Source: the human T2T-CHM13v2.0 reference genome, Homo sapiens. Taken from it: DNA of 64,000 nt. The translations under genes and the position numbers were made by a program. The stretch lies in the NCBI RefSeq assembly GCF_009914755.1, contig NC_060930.1, one strand, 5' to 3'. The notes below the pieces were generated by a model. It was not told the origin of the DNA, ran no database searches, and saw only the letters and a program-made list of their open reading frames with translations. Shown here piece by piece: positions 28,276 to 45,477 of this stretch. The first letter of the stretch is position 1. Every line of letters begins with the position of its first letter.

Positions 28276-29335
28276 CTGTAGGAAAAAAAAAAAAAAGACA
28301 AGACAATGCAAATTAAAAATCTCCCCAATGAAAACTGTTCTTCCATCATAATAAAAACTTATGTACTTTAAATGCCCACAGTGGTATTTCTGGATCTTCA
28401 CATATCAGTTATACTTTACTGAAATGACCAGTACAATGAGCCTAAACCAACTATTTTCAGTTATTTCTGCTATTTTCTATTAATGGCTCAAAAAAGTTCC
28501 ACCAGAATCCAAATAATAATCTAAACAATTTCATCTAAACAATAAAACAATTATAAGAACACAGACAGCATTTTAATCCCAGCTATGAACCATCTCATAC
28601 ATGTAAGAATCAGTTTATAAAAAGCACTTAACACAATTTTTCCTTGATGGATAAATATTCAATACTGGATTTTTGAGATCGTTAGTTAAGAATTATCCAA
28701 AATAGAAGCAGTTGTTTTCCCTTTCAACAGCAAAAGAGAAAAGGGGGAAAGTGCATATCAAAGGATTGAGGTGCACAGCTCATGCCACAAAGGGCCAAGC
28801 CTCTAGGAATCTTCTGGTTTATTATTTTGTCAATATTAAGTAAGGATGCCAAAACACAAAGTTTCCTGGGAAGTGTACAGTGGGGAAACATAGATTAAAA
28901 TAAACATTTTGTGACAAAGAAAGCAAAGCAAGTTGTTTTGAGGCTTTCCCTCACAATTTTGCAGTTACGTATTTTTTTTCCTCATTATCAGTACTAATGA
29001 GTAATTTTGAGGAAATAAAGGCTGGTTATCCCAGTTAAAATATGAGACATTTATTTTGTACTTGCAGTCCAGGTTTTACTAAAAATCTAGAGATGTTTTG
29101 AATTCTTAAATCAATTTTCTACACACCTAATTACAATACCCCTCATGTTCCAAAATAGCTGACTACACTCAACAGCTGCTAGAAGAGACTGGCAAGCTGC
29201 CTACTGAAAGGCCAAGTAGATAATGTTCTTGCAACAGCCAAAGTGAAGGTTCTTAAATCAGATGGTCATCCCACTCCGTTTTTTCCTAACAATATCTACT
29301 TATAATAATTATCCAGCACCATGGTTCATAAACTA

Positions 29336-29700
<365 letters not shown>

Positions 29701-30220
29701 ACCTGTGTAATTGTTTCCCTTCAGTCAATAATCAACTTCATTCTTAAAAGCTTAGCTAGGTACAAGCTAAATATGCCTAAAACCTGCTTTATACCCCGAT
29801 AATAAAAACCAGAATACAACAGGAAGGCAATATGTATCACAAGAGAATCTCAAAAAGATATCTTCAATCTACTTCTTAGTGACATCCTCACATTAGCAAT
29901 TCCCCGACGTGGGGAAAGTTGACAGAACACTCAGTTCAATATTCTAATGAGTAATTCTTTTTTTTTTTCTATGATTACAATGTTTAGAGAGCTTCTAATT
30001 TTCTTCTTTTAGAATGTGTGACTGTGAGCAGAATTTCTAAAGGGCTCTCTTGTTTTAAAAAGCTGAAACTCAGAATAATGATTTCACAGACACTGTTATT
30101 CTCCTACCCCCAAATACTAACAACCATAAAAACAAGGAATCCAGCAACTACTATTAAATACATTAATGAGTGAGTGTGCAATTGAGGAGGGCGGTTTTCC
30201 TGTGGACTCATCCTGCTCAC

Positions 30221-30370
30221 CCTGCAACCGTCTGTCTGCTGCTGTGAAGAGGACAAGCCCAGCATCTTCTGGGCATCCTCTGTCACACAGCGTCATGACC
30301 CACAACTCCACAACTGTCAGCGAAATTTCCAGGAAACTTCCCTTCAGAAAATCATTCCTGTACCCAATTC
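30221..30370 (-). other. Candidate 150-nt cassette/poison exon in intron 6
   Basis: tctgttttag|GAATTGG...TTGCAGG|gtgagc; non-repeat, GC-richer than flanks. Confidence 0.4.
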
Positions 30371-30383
30371 CTAAAACAGATGA

Positions 30384-30776
<393 letters not shown>

Positions 30777-30899
30777 TAAGGAACTGATGAGGTAAAGCAG
30801 CAGCACTGAAAGCCTTGAAATTTCACAATTGTTAGGGTGTACTCCACCATCTGTTAGAGGTACTCAGCATTTGGAAATATAGAAAATGTAAGAGAAGGC

Positions 30900-32520
30900 A
30901 GGGAAAGGCATGTCAGTCACAGGCAGCAGTGACTGTGAGGTCACAGAGGCCAAAGACGACGCAGGTTATATTTAGGAAACAGACTTCAGAACAGCAATAC
31001 TTCAGCAAGTACTTGTCCTGGAGCAAATACTTCAGAACAGCAGGCTGAATGAAGAGAAAGTAATTCAGATAAAAAGGTAGAGAGTTCTCAGTGCCAGGCT
31101 AAAATATTTTATTTTATTTTTAGCAGGAGAATAACATGAGCAAAGCTGTATTTTAGGAAGAACGTTCTAGCTGTGATGGATGGATATACTGGCAAGGGAG
31201 AGAATAAAAGCAGTGAGTACACAGGAAACTCACGTTGGGGGCACGTGGGGAAGAGCTAATTAATACTTGGCAAGAGCAATGTTAAGTGGTAATGACAATG
31301 AAATGAAGGATTCCAATTTGAAAAGTATCATAAAGAAGACTCAACAGCCCAAGGCATCTGACTCAATGGGGTAAGGAGAGGAAGGAGACAAGCATGCTAA
31401 CCGGGGCAGTTCTAGTCTGGATCATAAGAAGGAAAAGATTTTGGAGGGCAATGCATGAGTTCGGTTTGGAAATTGCTGAAACAGGAAGACTGAAAGCTGC
31501 AGACAGGATTCCCATCCCCTTCAGCCTACTCGAGGATTTAACTCCTACAGATTCCTACTCCCTCGCTTCGCATTCACTCTTGAACCCATTCCAATTTGGC
31601 TTCTGGACCCCCCATTACACAATCAACACCACCAACAATCATCATGTTGCCAAATCCAGAGACCACTTCTCTGTTTTCATCCTAATCCTTAAGCAGCATT
31701 TGACCCAACTGGTGGTTTCTTGAAACAGTTCCCTCTAGTGTTCTCCCACCTCCTCAGTTTCTTTTGCTATTGTCTCCATCCCTTCCAGACCACCAGATGC
31801 TGGAGTGCTGCAGGCTTGGTTCTGGGCCCTCTTCTCTCCTCAGCTTACATTCGCTCATAAGCCAATTTCATCCCTAGCTTTAAATGCCATCCATATGCTA
31901 CTAACTTCCTGATTACATTTCCTGTCTTGATCTCTTCTTTGAGCTCCAGACTCACATGCAACTGCCCATTTGATAGCTTTATGCAAAAGTGGAGTAGGCT
32001 ACTCAAACATTTGCAAGACAGCCTGTTCTTCTCCAGTCGACGTCATCTCAGTTAATGGCATTACCCGGCTCCTCAAGTTTTGGCTCATCCATCTCCCTCA
32101 TTCTCCATCCAATTCATCAATAAATCCTGTCAATTCCATCTCAAAAGATAGCCTGAATTGATCCACTTCTCTCCATCGTCACTGCCATCAACCTTATATA
32201 AATATCCATTTTCGTATACTAAATATAATCTTGGTTGAGTTCAATCATTCATTCAACAAAAATTTACTAAGCCTTAGACACTATGATAATGTTAGGAATA
32301 GCATTAGGAATAATGCTAGGTTTGGAATAGACATGTTCCATAACCTCAAGGAACTTTAGTGGGAGAGACAGAGAAATAAAGCAATAATTAGAAATCAATG
32401 TCATAGATTATAGTGCTTTGGTAATGACATGCTGAGGATTCTCTAGGAATAAAGAAGAGAGGACAACTCATACACTTAGGTTTGGTAGGAAAGGCCTCCT
32501 GGAGAAGCAAGGACTGAGCT
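30900..32520. mobile_element. L2 relics in both orientations
   Basis: Purine-rich then pyrimidine-rich L2 segments; cattcattcaacaa L2 3' end at about 32246. Confidence 0.6.
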
Positions 32521-34429
32521 GATGCATTTTCAAGGACAGTATAACTGATGATGATGGGCAACATTTATCGAGAACATGGCAGATATTTTACTCTTAAGCA
32601 TTAAGACATACTCTCAGCTAACCAGATGAAAAAGCATGGGTAAGCAGGAGTTTTAAGTTCCAGTCACTCTCCTTCAAACTGTGTTATTAGCATAAAAATG
32701 CTAATAATAATAATTAGTGTAAAACAGCCTTCAAGTTCATCTTTTCCAAGAAGACTTCATTGACATCCAATCAGTGATCTCTCCTTTATCAAAAATTCTG
32801 TAGCACTAAACTCTATCAATATTATACATTTCATGTGCTGCCTTGTAATGTGGTTCTGTTCATACAGGTATCGTCTCTACAGTTCCTGAAGTGCAGAGAC
32901 TGCATCTCTTCCATCCTGCATCACATGCGTGCCCAGAGTTGGACCCAACAGACACTCAGCAAATCATGATTACCAAGTACTGAGGCTGCAGGATGACTAA
33001 GATCTGCTTCTTCAAAGAGGCCATTGCTGTAATAAAATATAGATTTTATTTTTGATAAAGTTTGATCAAATATTATCTCATTTGAAACAACTTGTTTGTT
33101 GCTTGCATTTTCTAAAAATTGAGCTTATTTCCATAGTTTAATAGTATTTTCAGAAGATCAAACAAAAAATTGAAATGTCTCATTTTAAATGTTAACATAT
33201 TTCAAAATTTACTCAATTCAGCTAATGCCTTTACAAAATTTAGCATAACCCTAAAACTAAAACATTCAAAAAATAACAGCAGGATCAAAAGCTAATAATA
33301 TTCCAAAGGGTGAAACTGCTATTATTTAATCATTTTCTCTCCAGGGATTGAGTTATAAAGAATAAAAATGAAAGAAAGAATCACATTAATAAGCCTATGG
33401 AATGTTACAAGAAGTATATTAAATCTATATATATGAGTAGAAATCAACTAGCTCAGACTGAAGATGAAAACTTAATAGACAGAAGCTACTGGATAAATGC
33501 CTCCATAAACACAGATAAAGCAAACTCTCTCTAAATCCTAAACTGCCTCCCTAGGACAAATCCATGATAAAAGGCTAACACAAAATACCACATTCAAAAC
33601 ACCAACTGCAAATTGCACCCTAACATTTTTCTTCATGTGTAGAAATGTTTAGGGGAAATTTTTTTTAAGCATGATCAGCAATACTCTTTTATAGAACATT
33701 CCTGAACAGTGTCCCTTTGTTATGGCTGATGGACAGAACCTATTACTGTGACTACTTGTTCCTGGGAAAGATCTCACAGGCCCACTCTCAAGAAAGAAGC
33801 ATCTACCATTCATCACCAACAAGTCAGAGGTCTGTTGTTTTCCGGCAGTCCACAGTCCTGTGGTGCCACCCTACAGGCTTGGTGGGGTTGAGGGGGATTG
33901 GGGGTGGGTGGTGGGAGGGACCTCCTTCCAGCTTGAGATGAATTTTCTCAGGACTCTCTATACCTTAAAAGTCTCTGTTGTCATTTATTCTTATACAAAA
34001 CCAGCAAGACATTCTCAACATTATCTTTAAAATAAAACCTCTTAAAAAGCAGCCAGTTCACTGTAAAAATGGCATTATATCCTTATTTATTATGCTATTA
34101 ATATAAATTGTATATATCTATTTTGGGCAAATACAGCCAAGAAAGTAACAAGATGATAAGATTCCAAAATCTTGGAATTTAAAGTTGAAAAGGATCTGAA
34201 GGATATGGTAACAAAGCCTGGAATTTAAGAAAAATGGATTCCAAAAAAGATAATGAAGGTCTACGCAGGTTGGCAGCACTAAGTTATACATGGATTACAT
34301 TCCATCCCACCTTGCAAGAATCATTTCCCTAAACCTATTTTACATGAAAATCTATTTGATTTAGAAGCCATGCCTGGATAAAGAGAGGTTGAAGCAAGTA
34401 GGATAAGGAAAGATGAGACAGGGGTAAGG

Positions 34430-35660
34430 GATATTTATTGAGTTCCTACTGTATACTCCACAATATGCAAGGCACTTTACACATACTGTCTCCTATAACT
34501 TGTAATTACCTAACTGTAGGTATCATCACCCTCACTTAATACATGAGGAAAATGGGGCTTGAGGATGGAAGGCCACACAGATAGTAAGTGACAGAACTGG
34601 GAATAAAACCCACAGCTGACTCTGCATGTGTATCATCTTCAGCATCCAGAATACAGTTCAAGGGTCAAGTTTAGCCCTAACAGAAAGTTACTTAAGTAGA
34701 TCACTAAATCTACAGAATTCCAGAGTCAGATATGTGAAACTCAGAGCCACCCCAAAACATCCAGGCAACATCTGGGTCTACCTAGCTTGGGGAAAGTACA
34801 TTATTTTTAGGAAACTAATAAAAACTAACGTTGAAAGCCAGGATCGTTGATGTATGCATGAGGTAAAATCCCCAACATAGCCCTGAAGACATGTCGTGGT
34901 TTTCAAAAATAAGCCTGCAAAAAACACTTTTATTTTCACTGGTGTACTAGTGTTTAATGACTAGTCCACAGCAACTAATTGGCTAAAAATCTTTATTACA
35001 AATTTAAATTTAAATTTTTATTACAAATTTAAAAAATTTATATCACCTTTGTGTTACTGATTTTTTTATTCAAAATTCTTAGTGGCTAGCCAATTCCTTA
35101 AAGAGCCATCCTACCATTAATTATCACCAAATCAATGGTTTGTCATTTATTAGCTGTCTGCAGTCATGCCCCACCACTTGAAACTGTATATCCTTACAGG
35201 CTTGTTGCCATTTATAGCTGATAGGGTAGAAGGTGGATTTTTTTTTTTTAAACTCATGCATCCCACATACAAATATATTCCTGATCAAGCGGCACCAGGC
35301 CCTAAAATCTCAATCCATCCTTACATTGAGTCACCCACAGCAGTCCATACACGCAGAGAAGCAAGGTCCTTTCCATACTCCATGGCACCCAAGCACAGAG
35401 TACAGATGGCTTTGTGTGGAGGCAGTTTACTATCAAAGATATGAGGAGACTTTGAAGTCAGGAAAACATTGGTTCTGGCCCAGCACCGCTACTTCCAACT
35501 CCTGACAAGTTGTTTTATCTCCCCTAGTCTCTCTTTTCTTATTGGTAGAGAAGAGAGTACACCTACTCAAATGGTCATTGTGAGACTTCCATGAGTTAAT
35601 TTGGAGTTTTTAAGCAGTGTCTGGTACATATTAAGTGTTCAATAAAGGCTACTGCTATAG
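34430..35660. mobile_element. MIR fragments (about 34430-34620 minus, 35440-35660 plus)
   Basis: MIR core motifs. Confidence 0.6.
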
Positions 35661-35769
35661 TCACCATCATCATTTAATTTTTTTTATCTTGACGATCAGA
35701 AATCTTAATATCTACATTTGGGAAAAAATGAGCACTCTAACAGTAATATAAATGAAGGGACACAAGACT

Positions 35770-36345
35770 ACAGACAGCAAGACTAATTAAGAGGCTATTA
35801 GTGTAACTCAGGCTACAAAGACGTGGGCTAGAACTCCGGAAAGGATCAGTGAAGACAGAAAGGCAAGGACAGAGTCAGGAAATATTGGGCTGGACTGAGA
35901 ACTGAGCAGGTGGTAGGAGAGGAAGGAGGAGATTATGAAGACTCCCATATTTGTGGCCTGGATAAATCTGTAGTGATGGTATCTTATTAGAACAGAAAAA
36001 GGTCAGGTTTTGCTGTGGAAGACAATTTTGGGCATGGTGCTGTTGAGAAGTCCAGGAATAGCTGTGTAGGTGGCAACTGGTTCTGCAGGTAAGAAGAGAG
36101 ACCTGCACTGAATACAGTGGTTTGATAATGATCACCTTATGGCTGGCAGATGAGCCAAGGATGTAGAAGAGCATGCCCAAGGAGGGTCTGCAGAATGAGA
36201 GGAGGCAACAACCAAGACCAGAGCACAAGTGAACACCAGCATTAAAACATTTACAAAGAAAACTAAAATGAACCTGAGGCAGAGAAGAACATCTGGGATA
36301 CTGGTGTTGAAGTCAAGAGAGGACAGTATCAAGTCAGGTAAATAA
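35770..36345 (-). mobile_element. L2 fragment
   Basis: L2 antisense purine-rich motifs. Confidence 0.55.
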
Positions 36346-36798
36346 AGATTGATTTGTCAAGGACCTTAGTTACTTAAAAAGCTAAGAAAAACATAGGTTA
36401 AACACTTCAAATGAATCATGGATTTGTTCTCTAACAATGTTTTCATATTATACAATGTTGATGCAATCTTTCTTTTTCGACAATATTTTAACTGTGGTAT
36501 GCCATGTACCTTGCCCATTCATTTTAATTAAGAAATATTCTTAAAAGTTCATTATGAGGTAAAATCGTGTTTTAACTTTCCCCAAACTAGTCCAATGTTA
36601 AGAATTTTAAAGGATACTTTTTAGCTTTTAAAAACCCATGTACAGCAAAAATATTGGGATCAACTAATAAATTCTCAAATCTACCTGAATTAATCCTTAA
36701 GAACTGTAACTTCTATTTTCTCTGCCTCAAAAGTAACGTGTTATTTTATATGACAATAATGCACTTCTCTGATATCAGTTATAATAAGAATTGGTCCT

Positions 36799-37070
36799 AG
36801 GCCGAGGCAGATGGATCACCTGAGGTCGGGGGTTCAAGACCAGCCTGACCAAGATGGAGAAACCCCGTCTCTACTAAAAAAAAAAAAAAATTAGCCAGGT
36901 GTGGTGGCGCATGCCTGTAATTCCAGCTTCTCAGGAGGCTGAGGCAGGAGAATCACTTGGACCTGGAGGCAGAGGTTGTGGTGAGCTGAGATCACGCCAT
37001 TGCACTCCAGCCTGGACAACAAGAGCAAAATTCCATCTCAAAATAAAAAAAGAAAAAGAAAAAAAAAAAA
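36799..37070 (+). mobile_element. 5'-truncated AluS
   Basis: GGTCCTA TSD; A-rich tail. Confidence 0.88.
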
Positions 37071-37179
37071 GGGTCCTAAACAGAACATAACATGAAACTT
37101 CCAGAGAGGAAGGAAAATGTTGCTATCTTTGGGGGAAAATGTCCCTCTTTGAAATCCAGTATCAAACCTCTCCAGTAGC

Positions 37180-37298
37180 ATTAGCCGGGCACAATAATTC
37201 AAACCTGTAATCCCAGCTACTTGGGAGGCTGAGGCAGGAGGACCTCTTGAGCAATATACCAAAACCCTGTCTGAAAACAAAACAAAACAAAACAAAAA
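37180..37298 (+). mobile_element. Alu monomer fragment with (CAAAA)n tail
   Basis: TCTCCAGTAGCA TSD. Confidence 0.75.
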
Positions 37299-38599
37299 AC
37301 TATCTCCAGTAGCAATTGTTTCAATTCCTTTGAAACAATTATAGTGCCATTTTTTTTTCTGAGCCAGAATGAAAGACTAGTAATAGTAAAAGGCAGGCAA
37401 GAAAAAGAGACCTGCTTCTTAGCCATAGAAAAAACGGGGCCAACACAGCCATGCTAGAGCACTGCCCAGAGAGGGTAGAGAAGGGCTGCAGCAGAGAGGA
37501 GGAGCACTGTTTTCTTGTTGCTGACTTCACCATGGTTCTTGCTTACCACCGATGTCAGAGCAGGTATGGCAGGCTGCCAGGTGTGCCTCTGCCTGTCCCA
37601 GCTCTCATATCCGTCAAGAAAACCAGAAAAGTGAGAAAAGCATAGGGTAATATCATGGTTTTAGCTACATTCAACTGAAGACTAAAATAACTGATAAATT
37701 TTATACTTTTGAAAGTATCTTTGAAAAACACAGTAACTGATGGAACATAAACTCCAACACAACTATGGGTCATAAAAAACATAAAATATTATTCCAAATG
37801 TAATAAATGAATTCTAAAACACTGAAAGTTATTACAGACTCTAAATTATAATGTACAAACTATAATCAATCTAACTTTGGAAAAAAGGATTACCTACTTT
37901 TCAACCCAGGATAATAATAATTTTGCTTTGCTTAATTTCAAAAAACTTTTCTCGAGATTGCTATATCTTTAGTCTCTGCTCCTCTCCACCTCAAAGATAC
38001 ACTTTAGGTTTTCATGCCTCTTAAAAACAAAAAGCTTGAACCCCAGCGTGTCATTTGCATAACTGGAGGAAAGAGATAACGAAAAGAATTTTGTAAACCA
38101 GTTAGAGAGACATTTATTATTTAAAAATGGCAAACAGATACTCATTGTTCAAAATAAAGCTTTATGAACTTAAATATCAGTCCTAAACTCTATTTACTGT
38201 CAACCCAAGGATCTAATAAACTGTTAAATATTCTAGCTACATCTGTTCTCGTGACTACACATAAAGTCTGAAACTGCCAAGATTTATTCTCTAACAGACA
38301 CTTTAGAGCAAAAATTTTGTTAAGTTCAATTCCTTGCCAACTCATAAGCTTAGGTTTAATTTTAAAAGAAAATGTAAGGTGTGATTACACATTTATGAAG
38401 CCAACAAATTCATAGCTCTCAGTCTGTTTTCAAGAGGTCATTGGCCTAGTAAATGTGATTACATTATAATAAATACAATAAAATAAAAATGTCAATTTAC
38501 TTTCAATTAACCACCTGGGAACCATCTAAAATCTAGCATCTAATAGGGAGAGGGGGGAGTAAAAGGAGAAAATGGAGAAAAGAGATACAAGTTTCAGCC

Positions 38600-39465
38600 T
38601 TTTTTATATTTTCCATGTCTCTACTTCACTTTTTGAACAGAATACAGTTACAATAACAATTTTTACTGTCCTTGTCTTCTAATTCTAATATCTGTGTCAG
38701 TTTTTAATGGCTTTGATTGACTATCTTCCTCCATATGTTTTCCTAGTAATCTTTGATTAGATACCAGACATTGTGATTTATCTTGTTTGGTGCTAGGTAT
38801 TTTTATATTCCTATAAATACTCTTGAGCTTTGTTTGTTATACAGTTAATTTACTTGGAAACAGCTTGATTCTTCTGATGCTTGCTTTATGATTTGCTAAG
38901 CACGTCTTCAGCAGTATTCAGACAAAAGCCAATTACACATCCTACTGAGGCAAGAATTCACCGAGTCCACTTCCCAATACCTCAGTAATTATGAGTTTTC
39001 CCAGTCCGACTATTGGGAAGAGGCTCTGTGTGAGTGCCAGGCACTGTTAGCTCACCCTCTTGGATATTTTTTTCCCTCCTGCCTTGGATAGTTTCCTCAC
39101 CTGTATTATCAGGTGAATATTCATGGAGACCCTCTCAGAAACTCTCTCCTCTCTGGGACTATGTCCTGTAAACTCCAGCTGCCTTGATCTCCCCAGATTT
39201 AGCTCTTCAACTCTGAGTCTGCCAGGCTCTGCCTGGGTCCACTTCCCTGCAGTGCACCCTGGAAACTCTCTCTAGGCAGGATGCAGAGGCAATCACAGGG
39301 CTCACCTCACTTGTTTCCTATCTATCGGGTACCATCACATCTCTTCTTTGTCCAAAATCCAGTGTCTTAAAAACATTCTCTCATTTATTTCACCTGGTTT
39401 TTCATTGTTTCGGGGGGGAGAATAAATCTGGTCCCTGTTACTCCATCCTGGTGGATGCAGAAGTC
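38600..39465 (-). mobile_element. Old L1M fragment
   Basis: Antisense L1M motifs (gggctcacctcacttgtttcc, ctggtccctgttactccatc). Confidence 0.65.
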
Positions 39466-42202
39466 TGCTCCCTTTTTGTAAAGTCATTGCCTGCGGAAAA
39501 GTTCTCCTGCTCCCCTTTTCATTCAGCATCCAAACAGACTTCTGCTGCAGAACTGCAGAAGCTAGTTACTGCCCTGCTGCTTGGCTCCTTCAGAGAAGGT
39601 GCTCTCGATCTTCTCTTTTGGTTCCAGAAGAACCAAAAGAGATCGTTTTTGGATCTTTACCCTGGAGAATGCTGTTGGTTTCTTCTCTCCCATTCTCAGC
39701 TCCGCAAAGCCAGGCCTGAGGGCCACACTCCTGCCACACCTCCCCTTCTCCCCAGCTTGCCAGTCTCTTGGCAGGTGAGCTTGAACACTCATTTCTTGAA
39801 GCTCAGGAATTTGGCAAGTTAGTCTCTAGAACATACACTGGTCAAACGCCACTACAGATACGCCATAATCTCTTAAATATATCTGTTATACTTTGTTCTA
39901 AAGATTTTCTAAATATAGTCCATAGTCCAAATGTTACCAAAAAACAAAACAAAAAAACACAAACAAAAAGAAGGGCAGAGTCCCTTGGCATTAACTATAG
40001 TAGATATATAAACATAAAGCAAAAAGAATCAGGACCCTTAAAATATGCATAAGCACTAAATCTCATCAGAGGCAGCAGCGACCACCACTTCTAGGAGGTG
40101 GGTTCCAGGAGACAAGCAAATTTCAAAGTCTGGATAAATCAGTGAAAAATGTTTCTGGAGTCAGTATGCCCCTAAGCAGGTTTCGAGTCCAACAGAAGAC
40201 TATGTTAAAATTATGAGTCACTTATAATTAACAAGAATTGCTAAAATCACTGTTCTTCAAGATGTTACTATTTTTGGAGAAATTCTGATGGTATGCTGTG
40301 TACTGAAGGGGAAAGCATAAGTACTGAAGGAGATGCATAAGGGATCTAGAAACTTGGAAATAAGAAATATTTTAATCAAATTACACACTTATGGATGATT
40401 TCAAGTATAACTAATTATTGTGAGAGAACTTCAATAAGCACTCTAAGGATTATGGTGGCACTGGAAAGATTAAAAATCTAGAAGGTTGAGATTCTATACT
40501 TCCATTTAGCTCTATCTCTAAACGTACCTACTGTTCATGACTCGGGGTCTTTGTTCCCACTGTTCCTTCTGTTTGGAGCTATACAGTCCTAGATCCTCAT
40601 ATGACTGCCATCTTACTCAAACCTCTTCTCACATATCTTCTCAGAAGAGCCTGTCCTGCTCACCCTAGCTGAAGCAGTCCTCCCCTGCCTTACCACTATA
40701 CCATTACTCCATTTTATTTCCTTTGAGGTTTATATTATTGTCTGAAATTATTCTTTTTTTCTTTATAAATTTATCATCTGTCTTCCTCCACACCCCTAAG
40801 AATATAAGCTGACCCTCAAATCTCAAGCCCACTTTTCTAATTGCTAGCTAGAAAAATCCATGTAAATGGTTTTAAGTTCTTTATTTTGGCTCCTATACTA
40901 AATATTAGCTCTTCTTTCTTTACGAAAAATGTATTTCCTATTGGTTACAAAAGCTTCTGCCAGGGGTCCATGAATTAGACTCGTATGGCTGTAGCACTCA
41001 TCTTCTGAACTATCTGACAACTTAGCTACTGGTTTGAGTACCTGTCTTTGCCTATAGCCATATTCTAGCCACTACACAATGTTTTGTTGTTTATCAAGGC
41101 AATGTCCGTTCCAGTCTACAAAGGCACTGGTAACAGTAATATCATTTTACATGCAGAAAAATATTTAGAAAAGCAATTTATGGGTATTTTCCCCGTACAA
41201 CCACACAAGTGTCTTAGATGGCACTTTTCTCAGATAACTAGCTAAAGAGAGATGTCCTACTTTACTGCACAAATGAAGTGGATTAAACCGTCTATTCAAA
41301 TGTTTCTCAAGGGTAGGTAAGAGCTATCAGAACCATCCCTAGGCTGTATATTTCCCTACCCACTGGGAGAATCCCCTGACTAGGAAGCCACTGTCACGTT
41401 TATTTTATTTTGTGTTTATTTATTTTATAATGGGTCACAGTCCTGTTTTTGTAGGGGCAGGAATGTATTCTCTCTGCTGGGAACGTCCGTCAAATGAATG
41501 ACAAAATATCATATATCCATTTGAAACTACAGATGCACTGGTATAAACATCTGGGACTCAATCAGTTTGTTCCAACTTAACATCAAAAAAGAAGACACAT
41601 TTGGGTTGGTGTGGTGGTGTGGTGGGAGCCTTGGACTGAAGACTCTGGTTCTGATGCTGGCCCCTAAATAGTCTGATGACTTAATGCAACTCAATCTCCT
41701 TCTCAACTCCAAAAATTGCTGCCCTGCCCACACTACAGGCTCTGGTGGGAGCTGAATGAGAAAAGCCATAGGAGCCTATTGCAGAGCCTATTAGCACTGG
41801 AGGAGTGTGAAAAATTATCTTTCATTCTCCCACTCTCCCCACCTTCATCCAGTGTTCTGGCCCGGATTTTTGGGAAAGCTACAGGGTGTGCAAACATTGT
41901 TAAAAAAATGCATGCACATAAGCATATCACATATCCAACTTTTTCTATCACATATTATCGTTTTCTTCAGAGTAAGAAAAGTCATTAGTGTAGTTTGCAT
42001 AGCATCTTGTTAAAAAGGAAGAAGGTTTATTTTTAAGCGACTCATCTCTTATGAACCAGAAAATTAAAAGTTTTTCACTGGCAGTATTTGAAAATTTCTC
42101 AAATGGTGTTATGTAGAATACTAAGTCACAGAATGTTAATATGTGTTACATGCAAATTGATTCTGTGAGCAAGTAAGTTGTGAAATGCTGAGTCAAAAAA
42201 AA

Positions 42203-42837
<635 letters not shown>

Positions 42838-43059
42838 TGATGCACACTGCAAAGCTCCGTGGGCAAATGCAAAGTGTTTCTGGAGCTTATCTGATCACAT
42901 ACTGTTTTATCAATGGCAACCTTTTCAGTCTAGTATTCCATGCAGAAGAATTCAGGGAATGTTATATGGAATTAATTAAAAAATGTTTAATTCAATTTTT
43001 GCATGTTGATAGTACATACCCATTCCTGAAGTCAAAGAGCACCCAGGAGATGTATTTAT

Positions 43060-45460
<2,401 letters not shown>

Positions 45461-45477
45461 GGTACACACCAGCACAT

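Noticed and set aside
28161-28349. 62-aa ORF containing RKELETFK
   Set aside because: Only the 23-nt exon 7 is coding; the rest is intron read-through
30843-30860. CTCF-like motif (ccaccatctgttag)
   Set aside because: Several mismatches in the core; unsupported without ChIP data
30983-31042. Repeated ACTTCAGAACAGCA units (also TGCCAGTCACTG x2 near 51524 and an AT-rich duplication near 34992)
   Set aside because: Short local slippage duplications, not an array with spacers; nothing CRISPR-like, and no tRNA or rRNA seen in the window
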